From Euryarchaeota archaeon UBA439 (GTDB lineage Archaea; Thermoplasmatota; Poseidoniia; Poseidoniales; Thalassarchaeaceae), in NCBI GenBank assembly GCA_002497245.1, contig DANB01000016.1, forward strand, positions 1 through 63,403: DNA of 63,403 nt, in the 5' to 3' direction. The notes under the pieces were generated by a model. The model was not told where the DNA came from and made no database searches. It saw nothing but the letters and a program-made list of their open reading frames with translations. Within the stretch, counting starts at the first letter, position 1. Every line of letters starts with the position of its first letter. Of this stretch, positions 18,903 through 29,308 are shown one piece after another. The position numbers and the translations under genes were made by a program.

Positions 18903-19520
18903 ATCTAATTCTTCGATAACATTTTCCAGCTCATTAAAATTTTGTTCGGACAATTCATCATTATTTTTGTCAAGATATATCGTCTTCTTCATTCCTTCAA
19001 ATGGATCTAGGTCTCTGTCTATTCTTTCAATCATCCTCCATCTTGGAGCATAAGATATCTGAATATATAGTGGTCCTGGTGCGATTAATATGAAATAACC
19101 TAATATTTTCAGTTCTTCGGGAGTTGAAAAAATAATTGTAATTGTAGTTATTAAGAATCCAATGAATGGTAATGGATAGAGATACCTCCTCCTTCTTTCT
19201 AGTCTCACTGGAGGCCTTCTTATTAAAGAAGAAATGATAGTTGAAATAGCTCCCAAGGAAGCACATAATAGTAAGATAATTAGACTTTGATTAATCCATT
19301 TTTGTAAAATTTCCATAGAATCTTCTGAATTAGAATTTCCCTCATAAAACATAGGTAATAAAAGTGTCATATTTATCATCATACCATAGACAATACCTAC
19401 GAAAACTGGGTTGGAGAATGATAGCGAATAGTTCAAAAATAATTGACTAATTGAGCCACCTTCTAGCATATGTCTATGTTCGTCATCATATTCATTGAGA
19501 CGTTCGCGCCATTTAGACAT
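18897..19520 (-). CDS. Membrane protein, unknown family
   Basis: 207-aa ORF with 4 hydrophobic helices. Its 3' end overlaps the thioesterase by 6 nt. Confidence 0.55.
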   Translation of the reverse strand: MSKWRERLNEYDDEHRHMLEGGSISQLFLNYSLSFSNPVFVGIVYGMMINMTLLLPMFYEGNSNSEDSMEILQKWINQSLIILLLCASLGAISTIISSLIRRPPVRLERRRRYLYPLPFIGFLITTITIIFSTPEELKILGYFILIAPGPLYIQISYAPRWRMIERIDRDLDPFEGMKKTIYLDKNNDELSEQNFNELENVIEELDS

Positions 19521-19673
19521 ACTTTATTCTCAGAATAATCACTCTTTCACTATTACGGGCAATTTAATCCAAAAAACGACAATAATAGACTAAATAGAAG
19601 AGCACCATATTCTAAACTTAATATCGGAGATATTATGACTTAACTATATTGGGACAGTATTTTGTGGTACTAG

Positions 19674-20843
19674 ATGACTGATGAAGATGTATTGTTTTCG
19701 ATTACTGATAAGAATCTTGATTCTGGACTAAGAGGTGTTCCCGTTGGAACTTGTCAGACTTCTTTTGTTGACCCTTACGAAGGAGTTCACTATGTGGGCT
19801 ATCCGGTTGAAGATTTAGTCAATATGGAAGAAGAAGATGTAATCTTTTTATTATTCAATAAGCGTTTACCAACTGAAGAAGAATCAACAGAGTTTCGTGC
19901 CGAATTAACGCAAAGAGGAGAAAATATTCCCACCGGTGCACTCAGAGTTTTGGAATCTTTAACTCCTGGAAGCGGCCATCCTATGGAATGGCTTTCTATT
20001 GGGATTATGGCTCTAGGAACTGCAGAAAAAACTGGGGATACAAGGGCCGATGCAATGAATCTCATTGCTAGGATGCCTGAATTGATGGCCAGGATTTTCC
20101 GTTTAAGAGGAGGAGAGAAAGAGAAATTGAAACCGCGAAGGCCTGGTTTAGGGTTAGTGGAGAATTTTGTTCATATGATGGGTTTTGAAGATGATCAAGC
20201 ACGTGATATTGAAAGAGTACTCCGATTCTTTTTCATTCTTCATATGGATCATGGGGGGGGCAATCTTTCAACATTCTCTGGTAAAGCAGTAGCTTCTGGA
20301 TGGGCATCAATTTATTCATCTATTTCTAGCGCTATGAATGCTCTTTCCGGTCCTCTTCATGGGCAAGCCAATCAAGCATGTCTTGAATTTGTTAAAAGAA
20401 TAGGGACATCTGATCATAAGGAAATTGAAAATTTCGTCCGTACAGAGTTATCTAATCGTAGGAAAATTTATGGTTTTGGACATGGAGTTTTGAGAGCGGA
20501 AGACCCCCGTGCTCGCTTATTGTTTGAATTAGGTGATGAAATATGTCCAGATCACGAATATTTCAAAATTGCAAGAGCATTGAGAGAAGTAATCCCTCCC
20601 ATTCTAAGTGAAATTCCTAAGATAAGTAATCCTTATCCTAATGTAGATATCGCAAGTGGAAGTTTACTCCATTCAGTTGGTTTCCGAATGCCTGAATATT
20701 ATACTACATTTTTCGGTTGGGCAAGAGTTGCAGGGATCAGTGCCCAGATACTTGATGAAAGGAATGCTAGAGATGGCCGAGGAACTCCTATATACAGGCC
20801 TAAATATATCCCTAAGAATCAACCTTTGAGAAGAATCGAGTAA
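19674..20843 (+). CDS. gltA: Citrate synthase
   Basis: GFGHGVLRAEDPRA signature, plus HMDHGGGNLST. Confidence 0.9.
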   Translation: MTDEDVLFSITDKNLDSGLRGVPVGTCQTSFVDPYEGVHYVGYPVEDLVNMEEEDVIFLLFNKRLPTEEESTEFRAELTQRGENIPTGALRVLESLTPGSGHPMEWLSIGIMALGTAEKTGDTRADAMNLIARMPELMARIFRLRGGEKEKLKPRRPGLGLVENFVHMMGFEDDQARDIERVLRFFFILHMDHGGGNLSTFSGKAVASGWASIYSSISSAMNALSGPLHGQANQACLEFVKRIGTSDHKEIENFVRTELSNRRKIYGFGHGVLRAEDPRARLLFELGDEICPDHEYFKIARALREVIPPILSEIPKISNPYPNVDIASGSLLHSVGFRMPEYYTTFFGWARVAGISAQILDERNARDGRGTPIYRPKYIPKNQPLRRIE

Positions 20844-20844
20844 T

Positions 20845-22029
20845 TCATGAATGTGCATTTCTATGCGATTTTCCTGTCCCTCTATGTCCAATTATTCTTG
20901 GCGCTTCCCAAGGTAAACTTGATGATGTGGTTTCTTCAATTAATGAATGAATTTCTCTTTCCCAAGACCATCTTTTTTTCCATTCTGAGATAAAACCAAA
21001 TCTTTCATTTTTAGAAAGTTCATGCCAAGGAGTAACTTCTCTTTTCATTTCATTCACTCTTGAAAAATGTTGTTCGATTGGAGTTTCATCTAAATCCTTC
21101 CTTTGCTCATTAGTTAGTGGTTGTGTAGCAGGTTTTGTCCATCTAGCATGGCCTGAATCTAAAGTCACTGAGGTTGGAGCAAGGTCATCAGTAAGTCCAG
21201 TAAGTCCAGCATCTAGTAGCATTCTTTCAGAATTTGATTTTGCAGGCCAAACATAAACTGGATATCCTTTCCTATATTTTGTTAATCGTTCTAATTTCTT
21301 TCCTTCTAGGCCTACCGTTCTTCCTAAACTCAGCTTGCTTTCAATTCCTCTAAGATATTTTAGAGAACAAGGTAGCATTGGGGAGTTTTCTTTCCTCTGT
21401 ATCTCCATCAATCGAGGCAGTGAATTGATGATAAATGATGGTGTAGCCACAATCCTCTGTGATGTCCAATTTCCCCATGAACGTATATGTGGTCTTAATC
21501 TACTAAATTTCAAATTAGTTTTTACTTTTTTAGATGCGGAAATAATCTTCGGTTCAAATGAATAAATTACAGTACTACTTTCTGGAAAATCAATAGGTTC
21601 TAAAATTTCATTTAATTCTTCAATCATCTTTACCATATGTTTTTCTCTTTCTTTACCATTAAACCAGCCCCCTGCTTTTCCACTACTTGGATGAGGTGAT
21701 TTAAATTCAAAACATGTAAATGCTCCTTCTTCAGTCCATCTTCTAATGAAATCTTTTTTCCTTAGTAAATCTTCTATCGGCTCTACATAGTCTGGTAATT
21801 CATCTAATGTCAAACATTCCGGATAATCTCCAAACTCGGTTTTAGAGTCGTGATGAAGAACAAGCCTATTGTCTTCAGATAGTCTCAAGTCTAATTCAAC
21901 ACCATCACATTCATTCATTCCATAAACTAATGCTTCAACAGTATTTTCTCTAGGACGAATCCATTCACCACTATCATCGCCCATATGTCTTGCGAGATAT
22001 ATCTGATAATTAATTAAGCGTTTTTCCAA
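20845..22029 (-). CDS. Glycerophosphodiester phosphodiesterase-family protein with C-terminal extension
   Basis: ARHMG..RENTVEAL..GVELDLRLSEDNRLVLHHD follows the GDPD N-terminal pattern. Confidence 0.65.
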   Translation of the reverse strand: MEKRLINYQIYLARHMGDDSGEWIRPRENTVEALVYGMNECDGVELDLRLSEDNRLVLHHDSKTEFGDYPECLTLDELPDYVEPIEDLLRKKDFIRRWTEEGAFTCFEFKSPHPSSGKAGGWFNGKEREKHMVKMIEELNEILEPIDFPESSTVIYSFEPKIISASKKVKTNLKFSRLRPHIRSWGNWTSQRIVATPSFIINSLPRLMEIQRKENSPMLPCSLKYLRGIESKLSLGRTVGLEGKKLERLTKYRKGYPVYVWPAKSNSERMLLDAGLTGLTDDLAPTSVTLDSGHARWTKPATQPLTNEQRKDLDETPIEQHFSRVNEMKREVTPWHELSKNERFGFISEWKKRWSWEREIHSLIEETTSSSLPWEAPRIIGHRGTGKSHRNAHS

Positions 22030-22080
22030 GACTAATCCGCCCCAACGCTAAATAGATGAAAAGACAACCGATAGATAGGT

Positions 22081-23889
22081 ATGAGCATGTCAGAACCAAT
22101 AGAACTTGACCGAGAATCAAATCCAATAGAAGTTAGAGGCTACGCATTTTATGACTGGGCCAAGTCAGCATTTGAAACATCGGTAACTGTTGCAGTATTA
22201 CCTGCATGGTATGCCTATCTATTCCTGAAGGCTAATGGATTAACAACTACTATTGGATCTATAGAGATGCAAGGAGACGCCGTCTGGTCGTTTGCAGTAG
22301 CAATAGGTACCTTATTCATCGCAATAATTAGTCCTTCCTTAGGAGTGATTGCTGATAGAAGAAGAATCAAGATGTGGTGGTTAAGAATACTTACATATGT
22401 CGGTGCAGGTTCAACTTTCCTTCTAGCATTCGCCCCTCTTTTGCCAATTGAAACTCAGTGGTTATGGCTCATGGTATTCTTTATGCTAGCTAACGTAGGA
22501 CTTAATGGAGCAGGTGTATTTTACAATGCGCTTCTTCCTCATATGGGGAAAGACGATGAGATGGACCGAATATCCAATCTAGCATTTGCATACGGTTATC
22601 TAGGCGGAGGGATATTACTTCTAGTTCATCTTGTAATGGTAATGACATTAACTGGAGACTGGGTTATTCCCTTCGTTATGGCATCATCGGGTATTTGGTG
22701 GTATAGCTTCGCTTTGTTGACTTTCAAATGGGTACCCGAACCACCAATTGAAAATGAGATGCCATCTTTAGACTTCATGTCATCAGCAAGATTAGCTATT
22801 TCCGAGATTAGGAAAACTCTTGGTGAAATTGACAAATTTAGGACACTTTTCATTTACATGCTAGCATATTTCTTCTTTATTGATGGGATAAATAGTGTAA
22901 CTGCTCTTGGAGGTGTATTCGGCTCAACCGTGCTTGGAATAACCACTGTCGATTTGATTGTAACAATTCTTGCAATACAATTTGTTGCTTGGCCATCAGC
23001 ATTAATGTTCACTAGACTTGCAGAAAACTTAGGTACTAAATCTGCATTGAATATTTCTCTTGTCGGATGGGTTATTCTTTGTTTTGCAGCACTTTCTTTC
23101 GCTCCTCTCGAGTATTCTGATCATGCCGATTACCAAGTTCAATTACATGAAGAACCAGAAGAAGGAGTTTGGTACTATACTCCTCATGAAAATCTACTTG
23201 ATTTCCCTATAGCTCAGGTTGAAGGTGGAGATGAGCAAGAGTGGGCAAAATTAAGTCTTGCAGGAATTGTTGAAGTTGATGATGACTACACTGATACAGA
23301 AATTTACAAATGGGCTGGATTCAATGACGACAATGAACCTATAGCGATTAATTTAGGGGCACTGGGTTCAGATATAGATGATATAATTAATTCATTTGAA
23401 GATACTAGATTTTCTGTAAGCGCTGTTTATGGTGATATGAGCGAAATTTCTGTTGTCGGCGTAGACCATCCAACAAATCTAGGTGATGGTGTTATTGATA
23501 TCATTCCGAGTACAGTTCGCGATAAAGTGTGGGAACCTCTTGGCCTTACAGTTGGTCTACAATTCTTAATCCTAGGTTGTGCAATGGGTACATTGCTTGG
23601 CGGTTCTCAAGGGCTAGCAAGAAGTATGTTTGGTCAAATGGTTCCAGAAACTAGAAGTGCAGAGTTCTTCGGATTCTTTGGATTCTTCGGTAAAGTTGCA
23701 GCATTTATCGGACCATTATTATATGGTTTAATGACCGTAATGTTCGATAGTAGAGTAGGAATCTTATCCATTGCTATGCTTATTCTGATCGGTGCTGTGA
23801 TGATGAGAATGGTCGATCTTGAACAAGGACGTATGGATGCACAAGCAGAAGATGCTAAGAATAGAGGTCTTCATTTTGGAGAAGACTGA
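22081..23889 (+). CDS. MFS transporter, UMF1/Atg22-like, with acidic insert
   Basis: GYAFYDWAKSAFETSV N-terminal motif and 12 or more hydrophobic helices. A ~150-aa acidic insert sits mid-protein. Confidence 0.7.
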   Translation: MSMSEPIELDRESNPIEVRGYAFYDWAKSAFETSVTVAVLPAWYAYLFLKANGLTTTIGSIEMQGDAVWSFAVAIGTLFIAIISPSLGVIADRRRIKMWWLRILTYVGAGSTFLLAFAPLLPIETQWLWLMVFFMLANVGLNGAGVFYNALLPHMGKDDEMDRISNLAFAYGYLGGGILLLVHLVMVMTLTGDWVIPFVMASSGIWWYSFALLTFKWVPEPPIENEMPSLDFMSSARLAISEIRKTLGEIDKFRTLFIYMLAYFFFIDGINSVTALGGVFGSTVLGITTVDLIVTILAIQFVAWPSALMFTRLAENLGTKSALNISLVGWVILCFAALSFAPLEYSDHADYQVQLHEEPEEGVWYYTPHENLLDFPIAQVEGGDEQEWAKLSLAGIVEVDDDYTDTEIYKWAGFNDDNEPIAINLGALGSDIDDIINSFEDTRFSVSAVYGDMSEISVVGVDHPTNLGDGVIDIIPSTVRDKVWEPLGLTVGLQFLILGCAMGTLLGGSQGLARSMFGQMVPETRSAEFFGFFGFFGKVAAFIGPLLYGLMTVMFDSRVGILSIAMLILIGAVMMRMVDLEQGRMDAQAEDAKNRGLHFGED

Positions 23890-24650
23890 GATTTTGTAAA
23901 TAATTTATCAATCAATAATGCAACTTCTAATAATAATAAAATTGGACCTCCAACTAAGAACATAGATATTGGGTCTGGAGGGGATAGTACTGCTCCTAAC
24001 AATAGTGCAAAGAACCAAATAATCCCCCTATTCTCTATCAAACTTGATCTACTAATCATTCCAGTCCTTAGTAGTAACAATGTTACTAAAGGCGTTTGAA
24101 AACTCATTATTGATCCGAAGAAAAGACCAATTACAAATCCCAACCATGATTGTAATTGCCAAGTGTTAGTCAAACCAACATTGCTTGCATCATTTGCTAG
24201 GAAATCAAGAAGCATAGGGATTAGTATATAATGTGCATAAACAGCTCCAATTATTCCAAGCCCAATTGAGGATAAGGATACTAAAAGTAAACTAGTAATT
24301 TTAGAACCATTTTGTTTTAACTTATCTTTATTCGATTTACTAATAATTTTACTTCCATTCCAAGAAATATCTATTATTATCATTGTAAATGCCATGGCAA
24401 TTCCAATCTGAGTTGCAATTCTTAGTCGAAGTAAAATCACTTCCATTGGCTGAGTTATAATTATTAATACTTCATCGGGAAGATATCCATTGGCTTGTAA
24501 AAGCCAACTAATTACATCTCCTGAAACTGGATAACCTAATACTAGACCAAAAATGAAGACGCCGATCAATAGAGTAATTCTACCTCTCAGGTATCTTACT
24601 AAGTTTACAAATTCAGCCATAGGAATAATGTCCCTCTGCCTGCCATCCAT
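23871..24650 (-). CDS. tatC: Sec-independent translocase TatC
   Basis: Six-helix layout. LSPPDPISM motif near the C-terminus. Confidence 0.75.
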   Translation of the reverse strand: MDGRQRDIIPMAEFVNLVRYLRGRITLLIGVFIFGLVLGYPVSGDVISWLLQANGYLPDEVLIIITQPMEVILLRLRIATQIGIAMAFTMIIIDISWNGSKIISKSNKDKLKQNGSKITSLLLVSLSSIGLGIIGAVYAHYILIPMLLDFLANDASNVGLTNTWQLQSWLGFVIGLFFGSIMSFQTPLVTLLLLRTGMISRSSLIENRGIIWFFALLLGAVLSPPDPISMFLVGGPILLLLEVALLIDKLFTKSQSSPK

Positions 24651-24698
24651 GTGACTGCGTGAGCATTCACTTACTCAATACATCGCTTGATAGATTTT

Positions 24699-25814
24699 CT
24701 ATCTTCTCAGTATTATTGAAAGAATATCGCCATCTTTCAGAAGATGATCAAGACCAACTCTTTGCCAATCGAATTTACCACTTGGCCCTTTGACTCTCGC
24801 ATATCTAAATTTTCTTATAAAATCCCTATGTAATTTTACACAGACATCCCTAACTGTCGAAGTATCCTTGATAATTAGTGGTTCTACTAAATCCGCCTCT
24901 TGACCCTGCGGCTTTAGAAAAACGGACATGAAATGTAAATTTTCGAATACAAAATCTTTCATATTTTCAATTCCCTTTCCTGTTTTGGCCGATACTTCTA
25001 GTACAGGCCAATTGACTGGAATCATTTCCATAGTTCTCTGAATATCTTTTTCATTTGCTAAATCTACTTTATTTATCACAACTACAGCATTACTGTAAAC
25101 TCTATTCCCAGCTAAAGTATCAACAATATGGTCATCAGTTACATTAGTTCTCAAAGTAACTGTTGCAGAAACTATCCCGAAACTTCTGACTATTTCTTGA
25201 ATCTCCTCATGAGTCAGATTTGTTTGTTTAACAGTCGACCTAACAACGATTCCGCCTTTGTTTGACCTTGTGATAAAAACTTGCGGCTTCTTTTGATTCA
25301 ATCTCATCCCCGCTCTCCATAATTCCAAGTCTAATATATCGAAATGAGATTCTTGAAATGGATCTAGAACATACAATACCATGTCAGCACCTCTAATCAC
25401 ATTAAGAATTTCTTTGCCCCTTCCTTTCCCTTCTGCGGCTCCTTTGATTAATCCAGGCAAGTCAAGAATTTGTATCTTAGCACCTTTATGCTCCATCAAA
25501 CCAGGTATGCAAGTCAGGGTAGTGAATGCGAAATTTCCAACTTCCGATTCAACTTCTGTCAATTGAGAAATAAGACTTGATTTACCAACGCTTGGAAATC
25601 CTACCAAGGCTACAGAAGCATCGCCAGATTTCTTAACTTCGAAACCAGGTCCTCCTCCACTAGATTTAGCATGAGCTTGAGCTTTTTCTTTCCTCGCTTT
25701 CAATGCCGCTATTTTAGCTTTCAACTTCCCAATGTGAGCATTTGTGGCTTTATTTTTCTGAGTTTTCCCGATTTCTTCTTCGAGAGATTTGATTTGTTCA
25801 TCGATTGTTGCCAT
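24699..25814 (-). CDS. DRG/Obg-family GTPase with TGS domain
   Basis: G1 motif VALVGFPSVGKSSL, DLPGLI, NKVD, and a C-terminal TGS (LKDGDILSI). ATG 25814 chosen because a GGGGAG sits ~9 nt upstream. Confidence 0.9.
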   Translation of the reverse strand: MATIDEQIKSLEEEIGKTQKNKATNAHIGKLKAKIAALKARKEKAQAHAKSSGGGPGFEVKKSGDASVALVGFPSVGKSSLISQLTEVESEVGNFAFTTLTCIPGLMEHKGAKIQILDLPGLIKGAAEGKGRGKEILNVIRGADMVLYVLDPFQESHFDILDLELWRAGMRLNQKKPQVFITRSNKGGIVVRSTVKQTNLTHEEIQEIVRSFGIVSATVTLRTNVTDDHIVDTLAGNRVYSNAVVVINKVDLANEKDIQRTMEMIPVNWPVLEVSAKTGKGIENMKDFVFENLHFMSVFLKPQGQEADLVEPLIIKDTSTVRDVCVKLHRDFIRKFRYARVKGPSGKFDWQRVGLDHLLKDGDILSIILRR

Positions 25815-25935
25815 GACCATAACTCCCCTATCGCAACCGATGCTCATGTGACTGGCCCAGTCATCTATTCTTCAATTGAATGCCTAACCGATAGTTCATT
25901 GTGTACTTCTCTCTGGCTAGGCCCGAGGTACGGAC

Positions 25936-26619
25936 ATGGCAGATGTAATTCTAAATCTTGTTCATCAGTCTAATTTTCAGAAATTAGTGTCTATGCCTCT
26001 TGAAGAATTATTTGAAAAAGTACAAGATAATTCATTGAGAGCTTATAGGCCTAAGTTAGATAATCGATTCCATAGAGATTTTGACGTAGATTTAGAAGGA
26101 GATATAATGGAATGGTCCGATAAAAATTCAAACTTAGTTATGTCTGAGGCAATATATTCTCAGCAAATAAAAGAATCAGAAATTGCAGAATTAACAATTC
26201 TTTTAGCAAAATGGTGTTCATTTTCTGAATGGCGTTGCTGGGATGCTCGACTTTTCCTATATGTAGAACCTATGTTGGAATACAATATTTCCAACTCTAA
26301 TGATTTCCTTAACTTTTCATTGTGGGAGGATTTCATATCTTCTTTATCCAAAACAGATAAAAAATCCTACTCCGAATCTGTTGTTCTTGATTGGATGAGT
26401 AGAAGAGAGAAATTAGGCGAGACAATGGAGCCTTCTGAAGATCCTAGAATTTTACCTACAATGAGTTCTCATAGTAATTCAAGTGAATTATTATACATTT
26501 TTCTCAATAGTTTCGATTCAAAAAATATTAGTTTACTAATAGGCCGCGAATATTTAGAATATGAGTTATGGAGTCTGAATGGAGACTTTTTATATGGTGA
26601 AAAAGAGGTTTTAAAATGA
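25936..26619 (+). CDS. Hypothetical protein
   Basis: 227-aa ORF. Its stop overlaps the nadM start (ATGA). No recognisable motif. Confidence 0.5.
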   Translation: MADVILNLVHQSNFQKLVSMPLEELFEKVQDNSLRAYRPKLDNRFHRDFDVDLEGDIMEWSDKNSNLVMSEAIYSQQIKESEIAELTILLAKWCSFSEWRCWDARLFLYVEPMLEYNISNSNDFLNFSLWEDFISSLSKTDKKSYSESVVLDWMSRREKLGETMEPSEDPRILPTMSSHSNSSELLYIFLNSFDSKNISLLIGREYLEYELWSLNGDFLYGEKEVLK

Positions 26620-27230
26620 CAGAATTACCTTTAATTCCGCCACCTCCTTCTGATTCTCCAGAACCTGGTTTTGTGGTCTTAGGGCGTTTTCAGCCGTTTC
26701 ATAAGGGTCATGCAGCTATGATAATTAATGCTGAAAAATATCGCCTAAAGAATTTCCCAGAATTAAAACTAATTATTGCAGTTGGTTCTTCAAATAGGCC
26801 TCAGACGCTAAAGAATCCTTGGTCCGAATCTGAAAGAATGGAGATGATTTTGTATTGGCTTGATAATGAAGCAAATATTGATGCGAAGATTGTTTCTATT
26901 CCTGATATTGAGGATCCTCCAAATTGGGTCAGCCATGCTGAGAGATATCATGGTAAGTCTGGAGTATTTTTTAGTAGTGATTTAACTTCATCTGAATTAT
27001 ATGAGAGTTCTAAATGGCCGGTCATTTCTATGCCTCTGGTTGAAAGAGAACGATTTGAAGGATGGAGGGTCCGTGAGACTGCTAGAATGCTTTCTACAAT
27101 TAACGATGACAACGCAGTTAAGATGATTTTAGGTCAGTCTGTTCCTGAAAAAATTATTGAGTTCCTGATATCAAATGATTCCCTTAAGAGACTCGCTTTC
27201 TTGGGTGAAGGTGGAGAGCCAGTTGGTTAA
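26616..27230 (+). CDS. nadM: Nicotinamide-nucleotide adenylyltransferase (archaeal NMNAT)
   Basis: VLGRFQPFHKGHAAMI (HxGH) and IAVGSSNRPQTLKNPWSESER, as in the archaeal MJ0541 type. Confidence 0.8.
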   Translation: MTELPLIPPPPSDSPEPGFVVLGRFQPFHKGHAAMIINAEKYRLKNFPELKLIIAVGSSNRPQTLKNPWSESERMEMILYWLDNEANIDAKIVSIPDIEDPPNWVSHAERYHGKSGVFFSSDLTSSELYESSKWPVISMPLVERERFEGWRVRETARMLSTINDDNAVKMILGQSVPEKIIEFLISNDSLKRLAFLGEGGEPVG

Positions 27231-29278
27231 TTCCAACTCAGGTCATCCGGAGAAAATGAGCAATTACCGTTGCAAGTATCTACAATATCTTCTAATTGAA
27301 GATATTTAAATGCCATATCTCTAGCTGTAAATAGGCCCCCAATCGCATTATGAGCAGGATGTGGTTCTTCACCATATTCATTTCCATCAGGTGCGAGAAT
27401 ATATCCTCCATCAAAGAAAACCCCAACAGAGCCGATATGAGTTTCATTCACTATATCGATGCCATAAGGGATGATAGTCGATGAATTGAGAATTGGTATA
27501 TTGGCAGTTCTCATCATTCTTGCAGAAGAAATATTTGAAATTTGTAAATCCCCAATAGAGAATAGGGTCATCAAATCATAAGGTTCAATCTCATCTAGAT
27601 ATCCTTCTTCTCTAAGCGATAGGAAAGTGTCAGATTCAACTGAATCCCATAGAGTCTGCATTATAGAAATGGCGACTGCCCTATCTAGTTGATTTTCATA
27701 TCCCCATTCACTGGCAAATATGAAATGGAAGCGATCATATTGTGTACAGCGTTCTATGATATGAGAAAAGGAAGATCCTCCCGCCCAAAGAACTCCTCTA
27801 TTCAGGTCTGGTGAAAGGCCGATTATCGATGGTCCTCGTAGTCCTCCATTTGAATAACCTGTGTAAACTGGATCAGAAACATCTACTAAACTATTATTAT
27901 TAATGTACAATTCAGGTAATTCTGAACAAATTCCCATAAATGATTTTATCATCACTACCTGATTAATCATTGCTTGTTCAAGTCTTTCTGCTTGATGTTG
28001 GAAATAATTCATATCAAGAACAGCATATTCTATGCTAGTAATGTCGTCACTTGCCCATCCGTAAAAACTAGTTCCTAACATTGCTGCATTATTTTCATTA
28101 GCCCATCCATACAATCCTGAGGTGTCCCCTGTACCCAGGAATCCATGACCCCATATTGTCAAATCAGCAGGCTCATTGACTGCAGTGCCCGGAATTAATA
28201 ACCAGAAAGGAATCTCTCTATTTTCTACGAAAACAGGTGTCCGGTCTGTTTCTGAAGTCCTTCTGATTAAAGTTGGCGGATAAAATGATTCAGTATACTG
28301 TGGAGCAGTATAGGTTCCAGAGATAATCCAATGGCTTGTATTTGTAGTCCCTTCTATAAATCGCTCCTCTACGGTGATGTCGTTACAGCCTATACCGTTT
28401 TCCCCAATCCTTTGCAGAGCATCATTTCTCATCTCAATAATTGGGCCAATTATCGATTCAGTTGATGCAGTATGGAAACTCCATGCGGTTTGTAATTGTT
28501 GGATTTGAATTTCAGTATTTGATTCAATAAATGAGAACAGTTCTTCAAAAGAACCTCTTCTATTTTCGATATCAATTGATGAAGTAATTACTTGATCTCT
28601 TAGTGCAGCAAAACCTTCTGGAGCCGGCACTAATTCTCCAGATTCATCCATTAGTCCCGATATTATCACGACATAAGGTGTGTTATGTTCCAATGCCTTT
28701 ATCGTTCTAATGTGAAGTATAGTTGGTTGATCAATCTCAGATCTAATGTCAAGTTCAACCCAGTGCGGAACTAATTCTCCGGTTAATTTATTCATTAAAA
28801 TTGTAGAGTGTCCATCTTCTAAACTTTTTGAAATACTATATTGTCCTGCTAATTCTGACACATCTGGATCAATGTCAAAAGCGGTCATAATCTGTGTATT
28901 AGGGCTTGCACCATCAATTTGATTGATTATAGGGATATTAATTTGACTAGATGTACCTGATCCAGGTATTGTGTTTGGTGAATAATTTATTCTTTTGCCA
29001 GTAACCGTAGTTTGGTCATTTATTAGAAATGCATCAGAAGGAAAAGGTAGCATACAATGTATTGCATTAGTATTGTCACACCCATCAATATGTGGTATTT
29101 CTAGAATTTCTTCAACTTCTTGATATAAACAGCTTCCATCATCTATTGTGGCATTTTCATTAAAATTTAGTGCATCTGAATCCATACAACCGGGAGTTTC
29201 GAGAACTTCATCATTCACTCCAGTACATCCTGAGAGTATCATAGAGACGCATAATAAAATTACAAGAAACTTATTCAT
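27227..29278 (-). CDS. Secreted lipoprotein, possible alpha/beta-hydrolase
   Basis: Signal peptide plus lipobox-like ILSGC. Cys-knot motif CMDSDALNFNENATIDDGSCLY. GYSNGG (GxSxG). Confidence 0.65.
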   Translation of the reverse strand: MNKFLVILLCVSMILSGCTGVNDEVLETPGCMDSDALNFNENATIDDGSCLYQEVEEILEIPHIDGCDNTNAIHCMLPFPSDAFLINDQTTVTGKRINYSPNTIPGSGTSSQINIPIINQIDGASPNTQIMTAFDIDPDVSELAGQYSISKSLEDGHSTILMNKLTGELVPHWVELDIRSEIDQPTILHIRTIKALEHNTPYVVIISGLMDESGELVPAPEGFAALRDQVITSSIDIENRRGSFEELFSFIESNTEIQIQQLQTAWSFHTASTESIIGPIIEMRNDALQRIGENGIGCNDITVEERFIEGTTNTSHWIISGTYTAPQYTESFYPPTLIRRTSETDRTPVFVENREIPFWLLIPGTAVNEPADLTIWGHGFLGTGDTSGLYGWANENNAAMLGTSFYGWASDDITSIEYAVLDMNYFQHQAERLEQAMINQVVMIKSFMGICSELPELYINNNSLVDVSDPVYTGYSNGGLRGPSIIGLSPDLNRGVLWAGGSSFSHIIERCTQYDRFHFIFASEWGYENQLDRAVAISIMQTLWDSVESDTFLSLREEGYLDEIEPYDLMTLFSIGDLQISNISSARMMRTANIPILNSSTIIPYGIDIVNETHIGSVGVFFDGGYILAPDGNEYGEEPHPAHNAIGGLFTARDMAFKYLQLEDIVDTCNGNCSFSPDDLSWN

Positions 29279-29308
29279 GTTCTGTGCAATAGCAACTTAG
29301 TTATCAAT

